DNA of 64,000 nucleotides from the human T2T-CHM13v2.0 reference genome, Homo sapiens: NCBI RefSeq assembly GCF_009914755.1, contig NC_060933.1; one strand, 5' to 3'. The translations under genes and the position numbers were made by a program. Shown here in pieces: positions 1 to 17,338 of this stretch (position 1 is its first letter; every line of letters begins with the position of its first letter). The notes under the pieces were generated by a model. That model was not told the origin of the DNA. It saw nothing but the letters and a program-made list of their open reading frames with translations, and searched no databases.

Positions 1-3000
1 AACAATATGGTAAACCTAAATGTAAAAAAAAATTAAATTGAGTTAGGAATTTCAAAAAGACATTTCATGTGCCTTTTCAACTTTCAATTTCGTATGAAAG
101 TTGAAAAAACTTGAAATCAGTAAGTGTGCATGTGTATGTAAAACAAAATTATTGCATATAAAAACTTTTTTAAGGCATCTAGAAAATGTTTAGCAGTGTG
201 CCATAGTTTAGAGGCATTTTAAAATGCTTTTTAGTGGTACATAAAAAATTAATTAATGACAGAGTCTATGAAAAACAAGTAGAGCAGCTTGAAATAATTC
301 ACATATTTTTCATGTTAAACTTTTAGGAGAAGTCCAGTGATGTCACGATAGCTCTACAATGTTGATTTATTTTGTCGCTTTCATATGCTTATTTTATATA
401 TAAAATAGCTGAAAACAGCTATGAATTCTAAAGCATGGTAACAGGGGTAAAAGGTCACACACATTTCTTTTAGATGCTGCAAATATTGCTTCTGTTCACA
501 CGTTATCGTCCAAAAATTAGTTACATTGCCTCATCAAAGTGCAAAGAGGCTGGTAAATGTACTTTAATTTGCTAAATGCCTTGCAAGATATAGGGATGTA
601 TATTGAGGAGACAAAGAATGGAAGTGAGAATTACTTGTTATTTTGACTTCCAACTATCGGAGAACATTCCCAAAGAAATATTATACTAAATTTCTGCCTG
701 AATAATTATTTCAGCATCTCTTTCATGGTCTTTGCTTAAGGGCAGTGCTTCCAGCTGAGGTTGCATGCAGTCTTATATTCCATAGACTAAATGTCTAGGG
801 TAATTCAGACTTATAACCTAAGTTTATGTTACAACTTTTCTAACTTATGTTCCTTTGATGGAGTTTATCCTCATTGCCCCACCCCCCAAATGGTTTACTA
901 ATAAAGTATAGTCTAAAACAGGAACATTATTCTTTTTATATTCTTTAATCTCCATTGAAATAAACACAATTTGTAGAATTATTAACTAATAGAAATTAAT
1001 TGAAAAGAAGCATCTTTCTTTTATATGAACAATGACACAGTTCAAATTTATCTTGAAAACAGTTTTAAGCACAAGTAATTACCCTGAATTTGTAAATAAC
1101 CCATTTATAAGTAGGTCAATAAGAAAACATTTCAACAAATTTCAAATGTGATATCATTTCTAGATCTTATGAAATAATGGAACATGTTTTGGAAGATAAG
1201 AGAAGTTTACTTAGCCAATAATAACAGGTCTCAATCAATTATTTTTTAACAGCTAGTTTATCCCTGGATATACCTTACTATATCCTGTTTTTAGATATGG
1301 CATTTGAAAACCTCCAAGAATATAGAGATAATTTTAATTGAGCTATTATGGTTAGTATTTATTTTTAAAGTTCTGAATTTTTTTAAAAAATTCAATATTC
1401 TATGGTATATTAACAAGATTGATTGGAATAATGCATTTTTTTAATGTAGTGGGTTGGTGATATGTTTTTCTGCTGAGAAAGAAGGCTGTTCATAATCTTA
1501 AATTATATTAGGTTTTAGAAACAACGAAAATTGTGGGATTCCCTTAATGGCTTTCTTACACTTGAGTTCTAAAATATTTATCAATCTCAAATATATTTTA
1601 CATTATGTTGAAAAATGACTATTAATAGTTTCTGCTAAAAAGAATTATCAACTTTTTATGCATCACCATTTCAGAGTTGGGCTTATAAAAATATCAGTAT
1701 CTGTCCTACATATATACCAATGTTTTTCAATTTTTAGTCAATTAAATATGTTTCATTGATTTTCTGCTGTGTGCCTAAAATTGTGCATGATGATATTATA
1801 GAAGGTACTGTGAGAAGGCTTAAAGCAGTATATTTAACCACTGCCTACCAGAGTAGTACATAGAGAAGCAAGCCTAATCTATAAGCAACAATGAGAGCAT
1901 GCTACAGATAACTTTTAATATTGTAAATATATATGATACAGATGATAAAATCTTTATGAAATAATCTATAGGAGAGGTGAAATGGGTCTCTGCCAGGAGA
2001 ATGCAAAGGCAGTAAAAAATTAAAAACCAAAATATTGAGAATTATTTTGAGGAAAGTGTTAGTAGAATTTAATAATACATTTAATAGAAACATAAGATTA
2101 AAAATGCAAAGATGAATTCAAAGTTGCTTACATTCAAAAATAACTCATTAAATGTACAGTATTTTAAGCACACTTTTGATCTATGAAGAGTATAAATATG
2201 AATAAGACATAGTTCTTTAGGCTAGACATAGAGAATATTTTTTTGTATAGAAATAAAATCTAGAGTATGTAATATTAGGGGAAAGAAAATGCCTCATAGA
2301 TGTCAATAAACCTTGTTCCCTCTATTTTTTTTTTTACTGGTTTCATTTCCTGTAATAATTGTGGTAAGAGTAATGCTGAAACAATTAAACCTCCAACTCT
2401 TAAAACAATAAAAGTTATTGCTTGCTTAAATAATAGGAATGCTATCTGTGATTTCCTGCAGGGTCATTCAAAGATTTATTATTTTCCTATCCGTGGTTTT
2501 GCCATCCTCAATACATAGCTCTTGGGGGTTTTCTGTGGATTGTTTTAATGTTAGCCAACCAGAGAGAATAAAAAGAGTATTAAAAATTATTAATTGTGGG
2601 TCTATGTGACCCTGTAAGAAGGCTACATCACTACTATATACTTAGAACCTAAATTTCTATGCCAAAATATAGGCGAATATAGCAAATATTGTCCAAATTT
2701 ACAAGGAAAGAGAAAATGAATTGTGTGTTCATCTTACAGTTTCTAATAAAATCCCCAACATTGAACTTAAATGACTCTCCAGTTGTTCATTAGGAGCATA
2801 TGCTGTTGGTTGACTGCCAGCATACATTATCTCACCTTTTCTTTCTAAGATAGAACATATTCAATACATCCAAGTCTTCCAAGGCTTCAGTACTTCTCTA
2901 AGTTTACTGTCTCGTCTTCAGATTCAGGTATGATGTGATTACTCTAAGTATAGCCTGATTCTTTGCCAAAAATAAGAACAAAAATACGCATATGACCCAA

Positions 3001-3285
3001 TTCAGTACAAAGGCAAATCAGGGCAAATTACCTTAAGAGTTTTTAAAATAAATGTTTCTCTTGGTGTCTCTTTCTTGGTCTTCTGGGTAGGGTTGTATCT
3101 GAATATGATGACCCTAAATGTCTGCAGACATTTTTGCAGCAATGTTAAGGGTAAAAGTGACACAGCCAATAGCAAAGAAGTGCCAGAAAATACGTAAGCA
3201 AACTGTGACCTCTTTTTACCTCTTGATTGACTTTTATGTTAAATAATGAATTTACCTTATGCTTGAAAGAATTTGAAATAGCATT

Positions 3286-4630
3286 TGGCAGTGAAGAATT
3301 TACTCCTCCCATATTTTCATTCAAGAGAAATTTCCATGAGGAGGGTTGTTGGTGGGTTACCTCCAACTCAACCACTTCAGAGCTACTACAGTGGTAATGC
3401 ATGTTGAAGAAAAGAGTCAAACTCTGTGAAATATTTGAAGAGATTTATTCTGAGGCAAATATGAGTGACCTCGGCCTGTCACACAGCCCAGGAGATCCTA
3501 AGAACATGTGCCAAGGTTGTTGGACTACAGCTTGGATTTATACATGTGAGGGAGACATAAGACATCAATCAGTACACCTAAGATACACATTGGTAAAATT
3601 GGGAAAGGTGAGACAACTCAAAGCAGGTGGGGGTGGGGTGGGTGAAGGCTTCCAGGTTAAAGGTGAATTCAAAGATTTTCTGATTGGCATTTGACAACTG
3701 GCTAAAATAATTTATCTAAAGACCGGAATCAATAGACAGGAGTGTATGGGTTAAGATAAGGTTTTTTAGAGACCGAGGTTCTTATGCAGATGAAGCTTGC
3801 AGGTAGCAGGCTTCACTGAGAATAGATTGTAAATGATTTTTATCAGACATAAAAAGGAAAAAGGACTTGGAATCAGGAAAAATCAGGAAAAAGACTTGGA
3901 AAGAGAAGGGGATTCTCTACAAAATGGAGATTTTCCCCACAGAAACAGCCTTGTAGGGCCATTTCAAAATATGTCAAAGAAATGTATTTTTGTGGTGAAA
4001 TACTTTGATTTCTTTCAAGGCCTGCTATCTGTCATGTTGATATCTTATTGCTACGAAGAGTCTGTTTTGTCATTCTTAAGTCTCTACTTTAATGTTAACA
4101 CTGTTCAGCTATGCATGAATTCCGAAAGGATGAAAGTAAATAACGAGGCACGTTCAACCACCCATTTCCGTCATGGCCTCCATTACTGTTTCAGGTTTAG
4201 TTTAAAATGCCCTTGGCCAAGATAAAGAGCCCATTTAGTTGGTTAACGGACATTGAATTTTATTTTTGGCTTACATGCAGGTGCCATGCTCTCCTTAGGT
4301 TGCTGCTCCCTGCCAATGCTGAGCAAGGAAGATATTATAGGGCTTTTCATTCTTGTCCCACATGGACTCATCTAAAGGTCAAAGTTCACTTTGGTGCTCT
4401 TTCAGTGTGGCTGACAATTTCTCAGATCTGCACTCTTCTCTGAGGCTCCTCCTTTCCAATTATCTTTCATGCTCTCTCTTCTTTTGAGGTGCCGGCTTGC
4501 ATCATGATCTGGAGGCTCTTGCAGCCTCTTGCTCTATCTTCTCTTTATTCTTCAAAGGCGTTTTCTCTGGTTACTCTCTTATACGTGTAATTCCATCTTG
4601 GTGTCTGATTCTTGGGAAACCCAAACTGGC
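3286..4630 (+). mobile_element. LTR16-family (ERVL) solo LTR, split by a MER4 insertion
   Basis: The 3' part (4280-4630) matches the LTR16 end (tcagatctgcact...ctgaggctc...ccatcttggtgtctgattcttgggaaacccaaact). The 5' part is about 3286-3401. Confidence 0.6.
3402..4275 (-). mobile_element. MER4-group (ERV1) solo LTR
   Basis: TG...CA termini (tgttgaagaaaagagtcaaactctg...ttttggcttaca), the MER4 motif gagatttattctgag-caaatatgagtgacc, and a 4-bp TSD tgca on both sides. Confidence 0.85.
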
Positions 4631-4929
4631 TTATAATTTTTCTTACTTTCAGTAAAACCTTCTTTGCTGATGCATCATTCATTAATTCATTAAATGTATT
4701 GTGTTTTGTATGGGAAAACAATGATGCCAAAGTGTCTATAGCTATATAGTCTGATATATGCTATAATAAGAATTTGGAAAAAGTATTATTGGTTCACAAA
4801 GGCAGAAATTTAGGAGGTTAGATACATTTAAAGTAAAATTTGATTAAAAAGTGTGAACTTAAATAGATTAAGATAACATGGGGTGTTTGTAAAATATATT
4901 AGTAAAATACAATGACATACCCAAAGTCC

Positions 4930-5361
4930 TGTTAAATCAAATTAAATATGGCCTGAGAAAAACGCCATACTTCTATATTTCAGTCCTTGTGAATGAACTG
5001 CAACCTAACTCAATAGGTACACAAGACTAAAACCTAACTTAGGAATATGCGCCTGTAACAATCGCTGAGTCTTGGCCAATTCCAGCAGCCATACTTCAAC
5101 TAGTCGCATACAGCTGAGTGTTCAAATAAGGCAAGTGCCAAGCCATAACCAATCCAGCTGTTTCTGTACCTCACTTCTGATTTCTATGCGTCACTTTACT
5201 TTGTATTGTCTATAAATTCATTCTGACCATGAGACACGCCTGGAGTCTCTCTGAATCTGCTGTGATTGTGGGGGCTTTCCAATTTATGAATCATTCATTA
5301 CTCGATTAAACTGTAAATCTATTTTGGCTGAAGGTTTTTTTTTTTTTTTTTTTTTTTAGCA
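4930..5361 (+). mobile_element. MER57A-type (ERV1) solo LTR
   Basis: tgttaaa...aaatatggcctgagaa...gttcaaataaggcaa...taaccaatccagctgtttctgtacctcacttc, ending in CA, with a 4-bp TSD gtcc (4926-4929 and 5362-5365). Confidence 0.85.
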
Positions 5362-7449
5362 GTCCTCACCATAATGATCCATACACGTAAGTGTCTAATA
5401 TAATCTTTCTAGCTTTCTTTTTTGGTTGTGTTTAGTCATACTGTTGCTGATTCAGCTTTGTATAAAATATCAGAGCAAAATGACTATCAATAATACAGAG
5501 ATCTGCAAAAATTCCCACACAGGTGAAATATGCATGGTGGAAAGAGGCAATTCTTAAGGCAAAGAGCCAAGCATGTACCAAACACCAATGCCCTTGCATA
5601 CCAAAGCTAAAGATTCTACAATTTGCCAAAGATAAGAATGTACCTTTCACAACAGCAAGGACCTCATATATTGTCTTATTATATATCCCTAAAATCTAGC
5701 ACAGTGTTGAATAAGAGGAAGTAGAAATAATTTTGAGAAGGAATTAAACATGTATTTGTAGAAGTCAAGTCTTACCCATTGAAAAAGTATCTCCCCCATA
5801 TTTGTAATTCATTAAATTGTTTGGAAGGGAAAAGAAACTAAAGGGAATACTCCATAGGGAAAGTTGTTTCAGAAATTATGCAAATTTATTCTAATAACTA
5901 AGAAATAGTGAAAATGTATTAGAAATGTTAGGTAGAGGCACATTTCAGATTTAGACTAAGGTGCAAATGGCTTTCTACTTAATGATAGAGAAAAGCATAA
6001 ATAAAAGTACATTGTATACATGAAATGGTTTTGTTTGAATTGGGTATAGAATATCAAATGAGAAATATATAGTAAGGAATTGAATATATGGAAATACAGA
6101 TATAGACGGCCAGAGCACCTACTTGTAGCTCTTGATAGCAGAATTATCAGTCAACTGAAAAGATATTTTAAGACCTCCAAGAATAAGTAGATAATTTCTA
6201 TTCTGTATTTTGTTAATGAAAGAAAACCAGGGTAATAACTGCTTGAATTTTCATCACTAGCATGTTTCCTACATACATAAACATAGTGAGTAGTGAGTAT
6301 ATTCACATATAAAGTAACAAAGAATTATAGTAAACCCCAACATCCAATCGGGAAAAATGTTGTAACTCTATATATTCATTAAATTGCTCACAAACTGACA
6401 TCTTTTAGCATATAATATGGTTTCCTTTAGCTTGTTAAAGAGCATGGACTCATGACTAAAACATAAGAACACCCAATGAAGCTCAACTAAATCAATTCAA
6501 CTATGAAAAATAAACTGACTAGTGATCATCTCTTTACTATTATTGAAAGAATAACTTACAAGTAAAAACATTCAATTTTTGAAAACAGCTTTATATTTAT
6601 TGAATTTATGCATATAACGTTAGTTGCATTTCAAAATAAAATGGCTGCCTTAAGTGATGCAAAATTACATATTTATACATTCTCTGAATTAAGCAGGATT
6701 AATTGAAAAGTGGATATGAAGGCATGACTGCAAGCTACAAATTGATCCTATTTTTAGTAACTTGCTCTAGCTGAGATGTTATATGTTCAGATTTGTTGAC
6801 ACGAAGCTTTATTGAGAAGCATTACTTATTCCCAATAACTCAAGGAGGAGCCTGTTTTGGGAGGAAAAACCACATCAAGTATGTTTTGTTGAATCAAGAG
6901 GATTTTATTTTTAGAAAACTACTAATGATTTTTTCTGAAAATGTGACTATTTTGAAATCTAAGAAAAATCAAATATTTGATACTTAACGTAATTTGCAAC
7001 TTGACATAAAACTACTCAGTTTAGTTGGTCATAATATACTCATTCCTAACTTATTCCACTTTACAAAAAAAGTAAAAGAAAAGCATAAATAAATAAATAA
7101 GGAAAGAGAAACAAACAAACAAAAAACATTGGAAACTGACGAGGTAACAATTTATAGAATCAAAGATTAATTTCCACCAATTATGGCATGAATAAAACTA
7201 ATCAACTAAAATATATTTTAAAAATCAAGAAGATAGTAGGAAAACAGCTCCCTGAGGACCCCTGGAACAGTAATTAGGCAGGCACTCTTTGCCTGTTGGA
7301 CATTACCATTTTCTTTAATGTTTGTATGAAACGATGCCAATTTATCTTTAAGCAATTTATCTTTAAGTTGCTAAAGTGATGCAAACGGCTGTCATGTAAC
7401 AATCACCAAGAGAGGACCCATTCTAGTTCACAAACTGCCCTGATGCTTT

Positions 7450-8320
7450 TTATAAAAAACAATCCACTTCAGGATAATGTGTTGTTCCTGGTTTCTATGT
7501 CTCTTTAACTTCTTTAAATCAGAAGCATTCCATAGTCCTTCTTCAACCTTCATAGCATCCTAAACATTTTTTGAAGGTAATATTCCAATGGATTCTATTT
7601 TTAGAATGTCTCCCAATTTCGATTTGTCTGGTGTTTTCTCATAATGAGGTGTCAAGACATGCATTATTGGCAATAAAATCACCAACATGATGCTATGCTC
7701 TTCTTATCATATTTCTTCAGGTTATATATGAAATTAATTTTTCCCATCAGTGGTGATTTTAATTTTGATCATTTGAAAGGTAATGTCTTCCAGATTTCTC
7801 TATTGCAGAGGTACTCCTCATTTTCTTTATATTAATATAACATGACATAAAATGATATTTTTTACACATAGACTATCTATTGTATACATGTATATACACA
7901 TGTAATTAATCTAAAATTAAGTGTTTTGCGGAGAGATACTTTGAGAGTGTGAAAATATCCCATTTCTTCTCCAACATTTACCCACTAGGTTTAGCATCCA
8001 TTGATGCCTCAACACTCAATCAAATACAATGTGAAAATTTTCAAATGATAATTTTTTAACATACAATATCAACCCTTTTCCTTTTATTGGTTGGCACTCT
8101 GTGGGAAAATAATAGTGTTTCCTTCTTTTATTCATTCATTAATTCGTGGATTTATCTCACGTGGACCCATGGATTCCTATTTCTTTCAGTGGCCCATGAT
8201 CTGTTCCTTTACTTATTTTATTGATTCAGTTTTGCTAATTTTGCTAGTAGGAACTATTCAAGTTTCTCAGCTCTTTTAACATGTCTTTCTTAGCATTTGA
8301 GCACTCCCTTATTTTCCTTG
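7450..8320 (-). mobile_element. L1MC4/5-type 3' end fragment
   Basis: Motifs tagaatgtctcccaatttcgatttgtctggtg, ggagagatactttgag and cccactaggtttagcatccattgatg are typical of the L1MC 3' UTR read antisense. Confidence 0.65.
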
Positions 8321-8339
8321 TTTTTTTTTTTAATCTCAG

Positions 8340-8960
8340 ATTATGAATAGTCATTGCAAATCTATCAAAATATACTGGATTTCTGTATATTATTATTGTA
8401 TCCTGTGATCTAGATAAACACACAATTTTACTAACTTTTTTGCAAATATCTTTTTTATTTTCTGCACAGAATATAATAATATCTGTGAAGAAAGACATCT
8501 TTCTTTCTAAATTGTATGTATTCTTACCTCTCTCATTGCATTGCTAAGACGTGTAGTATAAGCTTCAAAAGAATTTATCAGAGCAAGCATGCTTGTCTTT
8601 TTCTAGGTATCAGGGCAAAAATATTCAGTCACCTTAATGTTATTGGAAAGTTAAGGTCCATAGTATAAACCTTAGAGCACCTACCTAACAGGACAAAATA
8701 AGCAAAAACATATGACTAATAATCTATTAGTTGAAATAAAATAAAATTCAAAATTAAACACTTAATCCAAGGTAAAGCATCAAAAGTGGAAAATAGTAAT
8801 AAAGAACAGATTAAATTTTATGGAAAATAAATTTTATGATAGTAGATTTAAGGCCAAAATATAGATAACAATATTAAATATAAGTAGTCTAAAACTACTA
8901 TTTAAAGTAAGAATTTTAAGACTAAATTTAAAAAGTAATGTTAAATCAATATAAAGACAA
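8340..8960. mobile_element. Old L1M fragments (antisense ORF2 piece, then a sense inter-ORF/ORF2 start piece)
   Basis: Degenerate L1M-like text that is T-rich and then A-rich; no intact ORF. Confidence 0.4.
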
Positions 8961-9343
8961 AGGTTGGTCAGAAAAAATAGGTTGAAGATAGCTGTACTTC
9001 ACCATGATACAGTAAGAGGAACTAAACTAAATTCTTTACAAAACAAACAAACAAAAAACAAAAAAACACACACACAAATAAAAACTAACTGCAGACAAAA
9101 TATAATCAACAGTGATTTTTTAACCATTGACAAGAAGCTGAGGATGCTGATCCCTGATAAAAGAAAAAATAAAATCTTATTCCAAGCTTTCTCTCAGTTT
9201 CCAGAAGACATAGTGAAAGGATAATCCAAAGAAAGGATAACTCTCCCTGTATATTGAGAAATTGAAGATTGGGGCTTAGAAAGGAAAATTTAGCTAGAAT
9301 TGCAGAGCTAAATAGAAGAGAGAGAACATTTGCACAGAGATGG

Positions 9344-9691
9344 TGATATGGTATGGCTTTGTCCCCACCCACATCTCATCTTGAATTCCCATGCATTGTG
9401 GGAGGGACCAGGTGGGAGATAATTGAATCATGGTGGCAGGCCATCCCATCCTCATGATAGTGAATAAGTCCCACAAGATCTTACGGTTAAATAAGAGGGA
9501 GTTTTTCTGAACAAGCTCTCTCTTTGCCTGCCGCCATCCATGTAAGATGTGACTTGCTCTTCCTGGCCATCTGCCATGATTGTGAGGTTTCCCCAGCCAT
9601 GTGGAACCATAAGTCCATTAAACCTCTTTCTTTTGTAAATTTCCCAGGCTGGGGTATGTCTTTATCAGTAGGATAAAAATGGATGAATACA
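9344..9691 (+). mobile_element. THE1B-like MaLR solo LTR
   Basis: tgatatgg...gtccccaccc...tgtgggagggacc...gccatgattgtgagg...ccccagccatgtggaac...aataca. Confidence 0.9.
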
Positions 9692-9957
9692 GGAATATAG
9701 GAAGTGTCTGCTTTTTCCTGGCTTTTATCTTTGCCTGTAACATTCCACCCCAGAGGCTCACATGGCTTCTCCTTTCTCTTCAAGTCTTGCTAATCATTCC
9801 TTGTTGATTCCTTAAAATCAACACATATAAATGTGTATCCCTTTCTTAAACAAGAGATCCCTTTCATCCTTTACCTTTCTGTATTTGTTAGTAGAATTAA
9901 CCATCTGCTAGTATACTATAAAATTTACTTATGTATTATATATATTATCTATTCTAG

Positions 9958-10334
9958 TGGTATGATTTGGCTCCATTCCCACACAAAATCTCATCTTGAA
10001 TTATAATCAGATTTATAATCCCCATGTGTTGGGGGAGGGACCTCCAGGAGGTGATTAGATCATGGGGTGGTTCTCCCATGTTGTTCTCGTGATAGTGAGT
10101 GAGTTCTCATGAGATTTGGTGGTTTCATAGAAAGCTTTTACCCCCTTCACTCTGCACTTTTCCTTCCTGCCACAATGTGCAGAAGGACATGGTTTGCTTC
10201 CCCTTCTGGCATGATTGTAAGTTTTCTGAGGCCTCCCCAGACCTGCAGAATTGTGAGTCAATTAAGCCTCTTTCCTTTATATATTAACCAGCATCTAGCA
10301 GCTCTTTATAGCAGTGTGAGAACGGACCAATACA
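9958..10334 (+). mobile_element. THE1C/D-like MaLR solo LTR inserted in an L2 remnant
   Basis: tggtatgatttggct...gtgatagtgagtgagttctcatgaga...tgtgagtcaattaa...gtgtgagaacggaccaataca. L2-like flanks lie at about 9730-9950 and 10400-10560. Confidence 0.85.
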
Positions 10335-10699
10335 ACAAGTGAACAGGTATTTTTGCTTATTGTCCATTGTCAAAACCACTTATTTATTTTTACATTGACT
10401 ATTGTCTATCTTCTATGGTTTGTTACCTCCAACAATAAGGTAATCAAGGGTCAAAATTTTTTGTTTATTCAGTAAAATGCTCTCAGTGAATTGGGCATTG
10501 GGTGGCACAGAGTAAGTATTTAATGTATCTATTAATTTTGTATATAAATGAATAAATTTTCTAAATTTTGCTAATAATGTTAATAGAAGACCCAAAAAGT
10601 ATAATCAGTAAATTAGTTGTATTTTGAAGAAAAAAAAGTTAATCTATGTAACAAATTTATGTAAAAATTCTCAGGATATACACTTGAGTAATAATCACT

Positions 10700-14900
<4,201 letters not shown>

Positions 14901-15477
14901 ATTTTTTTAAATCAAAATGTAGGTCTGTAGTTTTCTGTTAATCTCTACCTATTTTTTTCCTTTAAGGGTAATCTGTACCTCATATAATGTATTGTTAGGG
15001 TTGCTTCCTCTTTTATTTCTGGAAGACTTTGCATAGAGTTGTTACTATTTATTCTTTAAACATTGTGAGAATACAAGAGTGAAACCTTCCTGACCTGGAA
15101 TTATTTTGTGTGTGAGTTTCAAATTATAGATTTAATGTATTTAATAGATGCAGGATTATTCATGGTGTCTCTTTATTTTTAAGTGAATTTTGTAACCTCT
15201 TTTCTCTCAAGTAATGTGTCCGTTTACCAAACTTTTAAAATGTATTTGCATAAAGTTTAAACATTGTGTGCTTACTATCATTTTATAACCTATAGTATAA
15301 TTAGTGACAGCCTTTCATTACTGGCTTTAGTATTTAGCATTTTTTCTCTTTTTTGTTAAGTATAGCTAGAATTTTTTCATTTTTTAATAAATTAGCTTTT
15401 TATTTTATTGATATTCCATTTTGGTGTTCTTTCAATTTTTATTGATTTTTGTTCTTATATGTATTTTATTATTTCTT

Positions 15478-15925
15478 TGTACCTTAGTACATTTCGACTG
15501 CAATAGAAAAATACCTTTTTGTTGTGGCTTATAAACAACATAATTTTATAATTTATAATAACATAAACTTATAACTTATAAATTTACTTCTCATAGTTCC
15601 GGAGGCTGAGAGGTCTGAAATCAAGGCTCTCAAATATTTGATGTCTGGTGAGGGCCCATTTCCTGGTTCATAGATGGTTCCTTCTCTCTGCATCTTCACA
15701 TAATGGAAAGAGCAAGGTAGCTCTCTGGGGTCTCTTATGTAAGAAAACTACTCATTTACTATCCTTAATGTAGTACTAATTTAGTACCCTTATAAAAGAG
15801 CCCCAGATCTCTACTTTCATGATCTAAGCACCTCCCAGAAGACCCCATCTCCTAATACCATAAGTTTGGGAGTTAGGATTTCTACATAGGAAATTCGAGG
15901 AGACACAAACATTCAGACAACAGCA
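15478..15925 (-). mobile_element. MLT1A0-like MaLR LTR
   Basis: gtggcttataaacaac...ggaggctgagaggtctgaaatcaagg...tctggtgagggccca...gacacaaacattcagacaacagca. Confidence 0.8.
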
Positions 15926-16029
15926 TTCTGTTTTGTTTGGGTTTAATTTGCTTTAGGAACTGATTAGATTCTTTTTTCTTTTCTAACATAAACACATGGC
16001 ACTATTACATTTATCTAATTCTTTATTTC

Positions 16030-16170
16030 TAAAAAATTTTTAATTATTATGGATACATAATAGTTGCACATATGTATGGGGTACATATGCATACAAGCAT
16101 ACGACATACAATTATCAAATCAGGATTCTGATATTCATCACCTTAACATGTATAGTTTCTTTGTGTTAAT
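16030..16170 (-). mobile_element. L1MA 3' terminal fragment
   Basis: atggatacataatagttgcacatatgtatggggtacat...tcaaatcagg...catcacctta is the L1MA 3' end read antisense. Confidence 0.65.
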
Positions 16171-16595
16171 ATTGTTTAGTTATCTTAATAAATTGACCCC
16201 TTTATAATCAGTGAGTATATTTTCTATCACTAGTAATATATTTCATTCTGAAATATATTTAGTTTGACATTAATATAGTAACTCTAGTTTTCTATAAATT
16301 TTTGTTTGTACTACACACACAGATATCTATGTATTTATATTTGCAGTAGAATTTTAGTAGACAGAATTAGATTTCTGATTTTTCATTGATGTGTATGAAT
16401 GATTTACATGTAATGTAATGTGATTATGAATAAGCTTAGGTTTAAATATAACTTCTTGCTATGTTTTCTATTTATCTTATATGCTCCTTGTTCAATTATT
16501 TATCCTTTTTTTACATTTTGTAGATTAGTTAAATATGTACTTCATTATTTTGTGTTATTTCTACTATTGGTTTACTAATGTACTTCTTTTTTAGG

Positions 16596-16684
16596 TTCTG
16601 CTTTAAGTTTTAAAATATAAATACTTCTGCTTTAAGGTTTAAAATATAAATACTTCTACTTTAAGTTTTAAAATATAAATACTT
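16596..16684. repeat. 29-bp tandem repeat, 3 copies
   Basis: Unit ttctgctttaagttttaaaatataaatac at 16596, 16625 and 16654; copies 2 and 3 each differ from copy 1 by one base. Confidence 0.95.
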
Positions 16685-16705
16685 AACTCATCACAGCCTA
16701 CTTTC

Positions 16706-16980
16706 TTTTTTTTTTTTTTTTTTTGAGACGGAGTCTCGCTCTGTTGCCCAGGCTCACTGCAAGCTCCGCCTCCCGGGTTCACGCCATTCTCCTGCCTCAG
16801 CCTCCCAAGTAGCTGGGACTACAGGCGCCCGCCACTACGCCTGGCTAATTTTTTGTATTTTTAGTAGAGACGGGGTTTCACCATTTTAGCCGGGATGGTC
16901 TCGATCTCCTGACCTCGTGATCCGCCCGCCTCGGCCTCCCAAAGTGCTGGGATTACAGGCGTGAGCCACCGCGCCCGGTC
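16706..16980 (-). mobile_element. AluYa5 with a 25-bp internal deletion
   Basis: Ya5 diagnostics read antisense: ttttagccgggat, gccactacgc, cctcccaagtagct. A perfect 14-bp TSD cacagcctactttc flanks it (16692-16705 and 16981-16994). Confidence 0.9.
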
Positions 16981-17151
16981 CACAGCCTACTTTCAAATAA
17001 CAGTATATCACTTGATATGCAGTATAATACATTGCCAGTTTTTTTCTGCAGACACACATATACATCTCATAAAATTTTACTTCTGCCTTAGGAATCTTTC
17101 TTATAAATGACAATGGAGGATGGCTGACAATGAAATTCTTTAGATTTTGTT

Positions 17152-17338
17152 CAGTGCTGAGACAACGTTGAGATGAGCAAATTTTACCTCTGGTGAAACA
17201 CTTAATGAGGCACTCTCTCGGGTCACACAAGGCACAAGTCTTGCACTCTCAATCTCAAATATATAACTCTGAAAGTGAGTAGCTCTTTAGGTTTTGGGAC
17301 CTAGTTGTGTCATTTTCTTTACCCTAGTTCCAAACCTA
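17152..17338. mobile_element. MER96 (hAT) palindromic MITE
   Basis: Degenerate terminal inverted repeats cagtgctgagac.../...accctagttccaaacc, with internal gaggcactctctc...gaaagtgagt symmetry. Confidence 0.6.

Noticed and set aside
440-3150. Faint MLT1-like and L2-like remnants
   Set aside because: They are too diverged to give reliable boundaries or family names by eye.
3401-4443. Cluster of 78-130 aa ORFs
   Set aside because: They fall within the MER4 and LTR16 LTRs and show no recognisable protein similarity.
7338-7367. 15-bp tandem duplication caatttatctttaag x2 (also short duplications near 3870 and 61800, and CA/TG runs at 28955, 40305 and 48360)
   Set aside because: These are ordinary slippage products with no further structure.
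16596-16684. 29-bp repeats resembling CRISPR repeat length
   Set aside because: The units are contiguous with no spacers, and the DNA is human.
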